This document shows positions 27,701-36,865 of a stretch of DNA of 64,000 nucleotides, piece after piece. The DNA lies in assembly GCA_943787795.1 (NCBI GenBank), contig CALSNU010000002.1, positions 640,001-704,000 on the forward strand, given 5' to 3'. The position numbers were made by a program, and so were the translations under genes. Position 1 is the first letter of the stretch. Every line of letters starts with the position of its first letter. The DNA comes from an uncultured bacterium (GTDB taxonomy: Bacteria; Planctomycetota; UBA1135; GCA-002686595). Below the pieces are notes generated by a model. It was not told the origin of the DNA, made no database searches, and worked only from the letters and a program-made list of their open reading frames with translations.

Positions 27701-30700
27701 CCATTCCCGTTGCAATCCTGCTCGGCGCCGCTAGCGATCTCGCACTCGTCCGGGATGCCGTTGGCGTTGCAGTCTTCCGAGGTCCCCGAGGCGATGTCGC
27801 ACTCGTCGGGGATGGAGTTTCCGTTGCAGTCCAGGGAGGTGCCAGCGGCAAGGTCGCACTCATCGAGGACTCCGTTCCCGTTGCAATCGCTCGCGGTCCC
27901 GGCCGCGAGCTCGCAGCTATCGAGGATGCCGTTCCCGTTGCAGTCTTGCTCGGCGCCGCTGGCGATCTCGCACTCGTCCGGGATGCCGTTGGCGTTGCAG
28001 TCCGCAGAGGAGCCGGCGGCGATGTCGCACTCGTCGGGGATGGAGTTTCCGTTGCAGTCCAGGGAGGTGCCAGCGGTCAGGTCGCACTCGTCGAGGACTC
28101 CGTTCCCGTTGCAATCGCTCGCGGTCCCGGCCGCGAGCTCGCAGCTGTCGAGCACGCCATTCCCGTTGCAGTCCTGCTCGGCGCCGCTAGCGATCTCGCA
28201 CTCGTCCGGGATGCCGTTGGCGTTGCAGTCCGCCGAGGAGCCGGCGGCGATGTCGCACTCGTCGGGGATCGAGTTTCCGTTGCAGTCCAGGGAGGTGCCA
28301 GCGGCAAGGTCGCACTCGTCGAGGACGCCGTTCCCGTTGCAATCGCTCGCGGTCCCGGCCGCGAGCTCGCAGCTGTCGAGCACGCCATTCCCGTTGCAGT
28401 CCTGCTCGGCGCCGCTAGCGATCTCGCACTCGTCCGGGATGCCGTTGGCGTTGCAGTCCGCCGAGGAGCCGGCGGCGATGTCGCACTCGTCGGGGATGGA
28501 GTTTCCGTTGCAGTCCAGGGAGGTGCCAGCGGCAAGGTCGCACTCGTCGAGGACTCCGTTCCCGTTGCAATCGCTCGCGGTCCCGGCCGCGAGCTCGCAG
28601 CTATCGAGGATGCCGTTCCCGTTGCAGTCTTGCTCGGCGCCGCTGGCGATCTCGCACTCGTCCGGGACGGTGTTCCCGTTGCAGTCCAGCGAGGTGCCAG
28701 CGCTCAGGTCGCACTGGTCGAGGACGCCGTTACCGTTGCAGTCTTGCTCGGTGCCGCTGGCGATCTCGCACTCGTCAGGAACGGCGTTTCCGTTGCAGTC
28801 CAGCGAGGTGCCAGCGGTCAGGTCGCACTCGTCGAGGACGCCGTTGCCGTTGCAGTCGCTCGCGGTCCCGGCCGCGAGCTCGCAGCTGTCGAGGACGCCA
28901 TTCCCGTTGCAGTCCTGCTCGGCGCCGCTGGCGATCTCGCACTCGTCGGGATCGCGTTTCCGTTGCAGTCCAGGGAGGTGCCAGCGGTCAGGTCGCACTC
29001 GTCGAGGACGCCGTTCCCGTTGCAATCACTCGCGGTCCCCGCCGCGAGCTCGCAGCTGTCGAGCACGCCATTCCCGTTGCAGTCCTGCTCGGCGCCGCTG
29101 GCGATCTCGCACTCGTCAGGAACGGCGTTCCCGTTGCAGTCCAGGGAGGTTCCAGCGGCCAGGTCGCACTCGTCGAGGACTCCGTTCCCGTTGCAATCGA
29201 GAGCCGTGCCTGCGGTGAGCTCGCAGCTATCGAGGACGCCGTTCCCGTTGCAGTCTTGCTCGGCGCCGCTGGCGATCTCGCACTCATCCGGGATGCCGTT
29301 GGCGTTGCAGTCCGCCGAGGAGCTGGCGGCGATGTCGCACTCGTCGGGGATGGAGTTCCCGTTGCAGTCCAGGGAGGTGCCAGCGGCAAGGTCGCACTCG
29401 TCGAGGACGCCGTTCCCGTTGCAATCGCTCGCGGTCCCGGCCGCGAGCTCGCAGCTGTCCAGCACGCCATTCCCGTTGCAGTCCTGCTCAGCTCCGCTGG
29501 CGATCTCGCACTCGTCCGGAATGGCGTTTCCGTTGCAGTCCAGGGAGGTTCCAGCGGCCAGGTCGCACTCGTCGAGGGCTCCGTTCCCGTTGCAGTCGAG
29601 AGCCGTGCCTGCGGTGAGCTCGCAGCTGTCGAGGATGCCGTTCCCGTTGCAGTCCTGCTCGGCGCCGCTGGTGATCTCACACTCGTCAGGGATGCCGTTG
29701 GCGTTGCAGTCGGCCGACAGGCCCGACGAGATATCGCACTCATCGGGTATGGCGTTCCGGTTGCAGTCCTCGGAGGTGCCAGCGCTCAGGTCACACTCGT
29801 CGAGGACCCCGTTGCCGTTGCAGTCGCTCGCGGTCCCCGCCGTGAGCTCGCAGCTGTCGAGTACGCCGTCCCCGTTGCAGTCCGGTTCTGCGCCGCTGGC
29901 GATCTCGCACTCGTCCGGGGTGCCGTTCGCGTTGCAATCGGCTGAGGAGCCCGACGAGATATCGCACTCGTCGGGGATGGAGTTCCCGTTGCAGTCCTCG
30001 GACGATCCAGCAGCGAGGTCGCACTCATCGAGGACGCCGTTGCCGTTGCAGTCCAAGGCCGTTCCGGCGGCGAGCTCGCAGCTGTCGAGGATCCCATTCC
30101 CGTTGCAGTCCGGCTCGGATCCGCTGGCGATCTCACACTCGTCGGGGACCGAGTCTCCATTGCAGTCCAGGGAGGATCCGTTCCGAATATCGCACTCATC
30201 GAGCACACCGTTCCCGTTGCAGTCGAAGGCGGTTCCAGCGGCGAGCTCGCAGCTGTCAAGCACGCCGTTCGCGTTGCAGTCCTGCTCCGAGCCGCTGGCG
30301 ATCTCGCACTCGTCGGGGATGCCGTTGGCGTTGCAGTCCGCCGAGGAACCCGACGAGATGTCGCATTCATCGGGGATGGAGTTTCCGTTGCAGTCCTCGG
30401 AGGACCCAGCAGCGAGGTCGCACTCATCGAGGACGCCGTTGCCGTTGCAGTCGAAGGCCGTCCCCGCGGCCAGCTCGCAGCTGTCGAGGACCCCGTTCCC
30501 GTTGCAGTCCGGCTCGGATCCGCTGGTGATCTCGCACTCGTCGGGGACGCCGTTGGCGTTGCAGTCGGCCGAGGAGCCAGACGAGATATCGCACTCATCG
30601 GGGATCGAGTTCCCGTTGCAGTCCCTCACGGAGCCCCCCGCGAGCTCACAGCTGTCTAGAACGCCGTTGCCGTTGCAGTCCTGCTCGGCGCCGCTGGCGA

Positions 30701-32693
30701 TCTCGCACTCGTCGGGGATGGAGTTCCCGTTGCAGTCGCTGGAGGACCCGGCGGCCAGATCGCAAGCGTCCGGAACGCCGTTGCCGTTGCAGTCGACCGA
30801 TGTCCCGGCTGCGATGTCGCAGCTGTCCGGGATGCCGTTGCCGTTGCAGTCTTGCTTGGAGCCGTTCGCCAGTTCACAGCTGTCGGGGACGCCGTTGCCA
30901 TTGCAGTCCACCTCGAACCCCTGCGCGATCTCGCAGCTGTCGGGGAAGCCGTTCCCGTTGCAGTCTTGCGCGCTGCCGTTGGCCAGATCGCAGTCGTCGG
31001 GGATCCCGTTCCCGTTGCAGTCTCGGGAGAAGCCGGAGGCGATGTCGCATTCATCCAGGATGCCGTTCAGATTGCAATCAGTGGCCGCGCCGCTGAAGAC
31101 CTCGCACCGATCCGGGACCCCGTTCGCGTTGCAGTCCACCTCGGACCCGTTCGCGAGCTCACAGCTGTCCAGTTGTCCGTCGCCGTCGCAATCGAACTCG
31201 GTCCCCGCGGCGATCTCGCAGCGGTCGAGGATGCCGTTGCCGTTGCAGTCGAAGGCGGTGCCCGCGGCGAGCTCGCAGCTATCGAGGACTCCGTTGCCGT
31301 CGCAGTCGGTCTCGAAGCCGGCGTTCACTTCGCAGATGTCCACAAATCCGTTGCCGTTGCAGTCTGCGGCGGCGCCGGATGCGAGCTCGCAGCTGTCCGG
31401 GACGCCGTTGCTGTCACAGTCCCTCAGGAGGCCGGAGGCGATGTCGCATTCGTCGGGGATGTTGTTGCCGTTGCAGTCGAGCGCGGCCCCAGAAGCCAGC
31501 TCGCAGCTATCGGGGACGTCGTTCTTGTTGCAGTCCTCCTCCAGGCCCGCGTTGATCTCGACGATATCGTTGATCCCGTTGCCGTTGCAGTCGGGGAACG
31601 GCGTGAGGTTCTCGAACCAGCTCACCGTGTCATCGCCCAACGAGGCCACGATCACGTCCGGGTCGAGGTCCCCGTCGAAGTCACCGATCCCGAGGCCCAC
31701 AGGGAAGTCCTGCGCCGTTGAGATGATCTGTTGAGGGCCGAAGGACCCTGCTCCATTGCCCTGGTACCAGGCGACCTTGTCGTCCAGAGCCGAGACGGAT
31801 ATCACGTCCAGGGAGCCGTCCGCGTCGACGTCCGCGGCCTCGACCGACTCGACGAGGTCCGCGTTCAAGGTGATGATCTGCTGGGGTCCAAATTGACCCG
31901 CTGTGTTCGAGTACCAGGCCACCTTGTCGTCTCCAAGGGACGCGGAGATCACGTCGAGGTCACCGTCGCCGTCGAGGTCGGCAGTACGCACTGCCTCCGG
32001 GAGGAACGCGGAGTCGGTGATCAGCTGAGGGCCAGAGAAGGCGCTGTTGCCCAGGTTGAGGAAACACTCGATGCGGTTCGGGTCGGACGTGGCGAGCACG
32101 TCCGTGCGGCCGTCGCCGTCGAGGTCGGCGGCGTGGACGGATTGAACGAAGTCCGACTGCACCGAGATCAGCTGCCGGGGGCCGAAGGCGCCGTTGCCGT
32201 CGTTCCGAAACCACGAGACGGTGTCATCGTCCTGCGAGGCGACGAGCACGTCGAGGAATCCGTCACCGTTGAGGTCGGCGGTCCAGGTGGAGCGGGCGCC
32301 CCGGCAGGCGATGGAGATCGTCCTTCCGAACGAGAACGTGCCATTGCCAAGGTTCGAGAACCACGTGGCGCTGTTGTCCCCCTGGGACGCGACGAGCAGG
32401 TCCATGTCGCCATCGGCGTCGAGGTCGGCGGCTTCGATGCAGACCGGGCGGTCCAGTGAGGATGTGAGGTCGTTCGCCTTGTCGAAGAACCCGTTGCCGA
32501 GGTTCCTGAAGGTGGTGACTCTGTGGTCAGAGCTCGAGACGGCGGCGACGTCCAGCCGCCCATCCCCGTCGATGTCCACGGCCACGGCGTCGTAGGCACC
32601 GTCCATCATCGAGTCCAGGACCTGCTCGGAGCTGAAGCTGGTCTGGGCCTCGGCCCTCTGCGAAGCGGTCAGGCAGACGAGCCCCGCGAGCAT
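24740..32693 (-). CDS. Giant secreted FG-GAP/VCBS and Cys-repeat surface protein (~2,650 aa when two frameshifts are corrected)
   Basis: Three ORFs (28818..32888, 27109..29025, 24740..27358) join into one frame if one base is restored at ~28950 and one at ~27463. Order: signal peptide, FG-GAP propeller, 91 repeats, FG-GAP propeller, 4 repeats, C-terminal domain. Start is ATG 32693 or GTG 32765. Confidence 0.88.
26429..31592 (-). repeat. Intragenic 57-bp (19-aa) tandem repeat array, 91 units
   Basis: Counted units of the type DCNGNG(V/I)(L/P)D(E/S)C(E/D)xxxGxxx. The 5164-bp span plus 2 missing bases equals 90x57+36. Confidence 0.95.
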
Positions 32694-33423
32694 CCAGTGA
32701 CGCAACCCTCGCAACGCTGGCCTGAGCCAGGGTCGCGTGTGGGGCGGGAGGGAGCTTGAGAGCACGGTAGTTGCGACAGCTCGACGGAGAGCGGGCACCG
32801 GTCTTGCGCGCGTGAGGCCGCCCTCGGCCGTCCTCGTATGGAGGAGGGCCGGTGGTGTTTCGGGCGGACGCGCGCGACGGCAGGTCAACGCGGAGAGAGG
32901 GAGGAGGAGAGCGGTCGCCGGGGCGACCTGTATCCACTGTATGGACGGCTCACGGACCTGCTGTGGGCGTCTCGAATTGCCCGCCCTCGGGGTCGAAGCG
33001 AGACACTCTCTTGAGCCGAGAGCGTTCCAAGGGTCCCTCCAGGGGAGGCGAGCCGGGGGACCTCAAGCGTTCAGGCGTTGATCGGCAGACCCCCTACCGG
33101 GCGGGGCCCGTTCTGGGCTTGAACTGGAGCCCGGAGCCTCCGGAGCCTCCGGGGCCGGGGTCCTCTCGAGCGCCGGGATCAGACCCCGTCGGGCGCGGGC
33201 CGCTCCAGCCGGCGCGGGGGCGGTGGGGTGGCTCGAATGGAGGCTCGTCTCTGTTCGGGGTGGCGGCTCGCCGCTACGGTTCTCTCTCCGCTCCCCATCC
33301 CTGCTCGGTGGCGGCTGCCAGGCGGCGTTGATTCCGGACGTCGATCCGGATGTGTCCCTGACCGCAGGGCCTCAACCGCCCCGCCCACCGCCGAGCCGAC
33401 ACGACCCACCAAGGTCGACATCG

Positions 33424-35265
33424 ATGACACCCGCAGCCAACTCCACCGCGCCTGGCCCTGACCTCCCCGAGATCACCGACCGGAGGTTCTTCGGGCACCC
33501 CCTCGGGCTCGCCGTCCTGTTCTTCGCAGAGATGTGGGAGCGCTTCTCGTACTACGGGATGCGGGCGCTGCTGATGTTCTACCTGACCAAGCACTGGCTG
33601 TTCTCGGACGGCGATGCGGGGGTCATCTACGGCGCCTACACGGCGCTGGTCTACATCACGCCCGTGCTGGGCGGCTACCTCGCGGACCGGTATCTGGGCC
33701 AGCGCAAGGCCGTCCTGTTCGGCGCGGTCCTGCTCACCCTCGGCCACTTCTTCATGGCCTTCGAGGGAGATGGGGGCACGGACTCGGCGGCGCTGAGCGT
33801 CTTCTGGCTCGCCCTCGCCTTCATCATCGTGGGCTCGGGCTTCCTCAAGGCGAACATCTCGGTGATCGTCGGCCAGCTCTACCCGCTGAAGGACATCCGC
33901 CGGGACGGCGCGTACACGATCTTCTACATGGGGATCAACCTGGGCGCTGCGGGCGGCGCGCTCCTCTGCGGATGGCTCGGCGAGAAGTATGGCTGGAGCT
34001 ACGGGTTCGGCGCTGCGGGCTTCGGCATGCTGCTCGGGTTGCTGGTCTTCATCTGGGGTAAGCCGCTCCTCATGGGCCGCGGCGAGGCGCCCTCGGAGGC
34101 TCGGCTCAAGGACCGGTCCCTGGGCCTCCCGTTCGAGTGGATCCTCTACGCGGTCGGCGTGGGGGCCGTGGGGGTCTGCTGGTACCTCATCCAGAACCAG
34201 GACGTGGTCGGGGCCCTGCTCTGGGGCGTCGGCCTCGCGCTGATCCTGTTCGTCCTCGGCATCGCGACGTTCCAGCTCGCGCACGGCACCATCGACCGCG
34301 CGCCCAAGGGACCGCTGCAGGTCTACATCGCGGGCAGCGTGATCGCCCTGCTCGGCTACCTGCTCCAGTTCGCGCCCGTCGGGCTCCCCAGCGCCACGCT
34401 CAGCGGCCTGATGGGTGTGGGCGGCCTGATGGCCGTCGGTGCCACCCTTCAGCAGGTGGTCACCTTCCGGAGCCCGTCGCGGGATCGGATCTTCGCGGCC
34501 ACCTTCCTGATGGTGGGCTCGATCCTCTTCTGGGCGCTCTTCGAGCAGGCGGGCAGCTCCCTTAGCCTGCTCACGGACCGCATGGTGGATCGGAGCCTCG
34601 CGAGTGGGGAGGTCCCCGCGTCGATGTTCCAGTCCATCAACGCGATCTACATCATCCTCCTGGCTCCGGTGTTCGCCTCGATCTGGACCTACATGGGGCG
34701 CCGGGGCATCGAGCCGTCGGCGCCGGCGAAGTTCGGCCTGGCGATGATCCAGCTGGGCGCCGGCTTCCTCGTGCTCGTCCACGGCGCGGAGGCGGGAGAG
34801 CTCGGCGAGCTGATCCCGGTCATCTACATCCTGTTGATCTACCTCCTGCACACGACCGGAGAGCTGTGCCTCTCGCCGGTGGGGCTCAGCGCCATGAACC
34901 GCCTGGCCCCTGCGCACCTGGCGTCCATCGTCATGGGCACCTGGTTCTTCGCCTCGGCCACGGGCAACTTCGTGGCGGGCAAGATCGCGGCGGCGTCGGG
35001 GTCGGATTCGCTCAAGGGCGGGAGCGAGGAGATGGTGCCCGGGAGCCCCGACGCCATCAGCTACGTCACCACCGTCACCGACGTCTACACGACGATCGGC
35101 TGGACCGCGGTGATCGCCGGGGGCGTGGTGATTGGGCTCTCTCCGCTCGTGAAGAAGATGATGCACCTCGACACCCTTGGGTCGGTGGATCACGCCCTCG
35201 CAGGCGAGTCCGAACTGGCCGAGCCCCAGGCCGCGGGCGTCGACACGTCTGGCGAGGGCCGCTGA
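33424..35265 (+). CDS. POT/PTR family proton-dependent oligopeptide transporter
   Basis: 'FFGHP', 'EMWERFSYYGMR', 'GGYLADR', 'FYMGINLG', 'GELCLSPVG'. ATG at 33424. Confidence 0.95.
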   Translation: MTPAANSTAPGPDLPEITDRRFFGHPLGLAVLFFAEMWERFSYYGMRALLMFYLTKHWLFSDGDAGVIYGAYTALVYITPVLGGYLADRYLGQRKAVLFGAVLLTLGHFFMAFEGDGGTDSAALSVFWLALAFIIVGSGFLKANISVIVGQLYPLKDIRRDGAYTIFYMGINLGAAGGALLCGWLGEKYGWSYGFGAAGFGMLLGLLVFIWGKPLLMGRGEAPSEARLKDRSLGLPFEWILYAVGVGAVGVCWYLIQNQDVVGALLWGVGLALILFVLGIATFQLAHGTIDRAPKGPLQVYIAGSVIALLGYLLQFAPVGLPSATLSGLMGVGGLMAVGATLQQVVTFRSPSRDRIFAATFLMVGSILFWALFEQAGSSLSLLTDRMVDRSLASGEVPASMFQSINAIYIILLAPVFASIWTYMGRRGIEPSAPAKFGLAMIQLGAGFLVLVHGAEAGELGELIPVIYILLIYLLHTTGELCLSPVGLSAMNRLAPAHLASIVMGTWFFASATGNFVAGKIAAASGSDSLKGGSEEMVPGSPDAISYVTTVTDVYTTIGWTAVIAGGVVIGLSPLVKKMMHLDTLGSVDHALAGESELAEPQAAGVDTSGEGR

Positions 35266-35372
35266 GCCGCAGAGGCGGTCGGGGGGCCTTTCGCCACCTG
35301 GCCAGGTAGGCACGGGCGGGCGCGTGGGTAGGGTGGAAGCGCAGCCTCGCATCCCCTGCCCACGGACCGCCC

Positions 35373-36644
35373 ATGACTCTCCTGCTCAGCTCGCTCCTCT
35401 TGCTCGTCTCCCCGGGCCCCGAGGCCCCCGAGGTCCTCGGAGTCCTCGGAGCCCTCGGAGTCCCCGAAGTCCTCGGAGACGCCGGCCCGCAGGGAGGGCT
35501 TGGTGATCGCGCCGACCAGGTGGCACCCGGCTTCGAGGGCGTCCGATGGTCGGTGGAGGAGGAGCCGAAGAAGGCAGCCTCGCAGCGGCCTTCGAGGCCG
35601 CAGTTCCTCTCGTCTTCTCCTGCTCCCCCGAAGGGCGCCGGGCTTGAGGCCTGGGCCGGCCGGGTGGTGGTCCTGCTCCAGCTCCCCAACGACCGTGGCG
35701 GGGCCGAGCAGCTCGACTTCCTGGGGACGATCCAGGAGGCCAACGCCGACCGGGGGTTGGTGGCCGTGGTCCTCCTCCCTGGCCCTGACGAGGAGCCGGT
35801 CGATCAGCCAGGGGACGGGCGCGGCGATGACACGCCCGAGGGGACCGTCAGCGACTCGGCGGAGGCGTCCAGCTCCGGGTCCGACGGCGACGGAGGGTTC
35901 GCTCCGATCCGGCCAGGGCTGAAGACCGGCCTGGTGCCCGAGGGTTCCCCCTGGAGTCCAGCGGGCGGAAGCCGTGCGCTGGTCATGGGGCCGAGCGGAG
36001 AGCTCCTCGGGAGCTGCGAGCTGCCGGGGGAGGAGGACGAGGTCCTGGAGCTCTTCTCCGCGGCGCTCCTGCGCTACCCCGCTCCGCGCCTGGAGAGCCC
36101 CCTGCCCGAGGAGCTCGCCGACGCCGGCGCGCTCTACTTCGGCGGGGAGTGGTCCAAGGCGCGGAAGGCCGCCGCGAAGGTCGCCAAGCGCATGGCGCGC
36201 AAGGACCCCGACGTCGCCGCTCGGGGGGACGCGCTCGGACGGATCATCGACGGCTTCGAGCGGGACCTCTTCGTCGCCTTCACCGAGGCCGAGGGAGGGG
36301 GCTACTCCTCGATGGAGCGACTGGCGACCATCGCGGCCGCCGCCCAGCGCGGGTTCCCCCGCAGCAAGCTGGCCAAGTTCGCCAAGGGGACCCCTGACCG
36401 CCTGGCACGCGCGGGCGCGCTCTCGGGGTTCAGCAGCATCAGCAGCTGGGTGCTCGCGAGCGAATACGTGGAGATCCTGGAGGATCGACCCCCGCTCTTC
36501 CCCGTGGTGGTGGACTCCAAGGCCAAGCGCTTCGCCAAGGAGCTCTCGTCGCTCCTGGCGCGAACGTCCAACTACGGCGGCGACCTCACTCGCAGGGTCC
36601 AGTCGCTGCTGACGCGCTACGAGGCCGCCAAGGCGACACGCTGA
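35373..36644 (+). CDS. Secreted hypothetical protein, possibly with a degenerate redoxin-like fold
   Basis: Signal peptide. 'GRVVVLLQ...LGTIQEANADRGLVAVVL' recalls a TlpA-like core without CxxC. Helical C-terminus. Confidence 0.6.
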   Translation: MTLLLSSLLLLVSPGPEAPEVLGVLGALGVPEVLGDAGPQGGLGDRADQVAPGFEGVRWSVEEEPKKAASQRPSRPQFLSSSPAPPKGAGLEAWAGRVVVLLQLPNDRGGAEQLDFLGTIQEANADRGLVAVVLLPGPDEEPVDQPGDGRGDDTPEGTVSDSAEASSSGSDGDGGFAPIRPGLKTGLVPEGSPWSPAGGSRALVMGPSGELLGSCELPGEEDEVLELFSAALLRYPAPRLESPLPEELADAGALYFGGEWSKARKAAAKVAKRMARKDPDVAARGDALGRIIDGFERDLFVAFTEAEGGGYSSMERLATIAAAAQRGFPRSKLAKFAKGTPDRLARAGALSGFSSISSWVLASEYVEILEDRPPLFPVVVDSKAKRFAKELSSLLARTSNYGGDLTRRVQSLLTRYEAAKATR

Positions 36645-36724
36645 GGCGGTTGGTGCCATCGTCTGACCCCAGGGGGCCCGGCGCTAGGTTCCTTGGACAT
36701 GAGCTGGATACGAGGGGCACGAGC

Positions 36725-36765
36725 GGGGTGACACGGCTGGGGTGACACGAGCGGGTGCCACGGTC
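36725..36765. repeat. 13-14-bp direct repeats GGG(G)TGACACG upstream of the arylsulfotransferase
   Basis: GGGGTGACACGGCT / GGGGTGACACGAGC / GGGTGCCACGGTC, read directly. Confidence 0.7.
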
Positions 36766-36865
36766 GGGCCACATGGGCGGCCAGGAGGCCCGCGGCGCCC
36801 TTGGGCCGGAGGCTTGCGGGTGAGGGTGCTCTCTCCGTGGCACCGCTTGCGCTACGTTGGCGACC

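Noticed and set aside
26429..31592. CRISPR array
   Set aside because: The 57-bp units are contiguous in-frame coding repeats with synonymous variation, no unique spacers and no cas genes.
26010..31734. Long plus-strand ORFs (574, 746, 1618 aa)
   Set aside because: They are antisense shadows of the repeat protein, which lacks stops on the opposite strand.
24740..32693. Diversity-generating retroelement target
   Set aside because: There is no reverse transcriptase in the window, and differences between repeats are not adenine-specific.
33125..33160. CCGGAGCCT 9-bp repeats, and similar 9-bp repeats at 35420-35480
   Set aside because: Short, low-complexity and GC-rich, with no supportable function.
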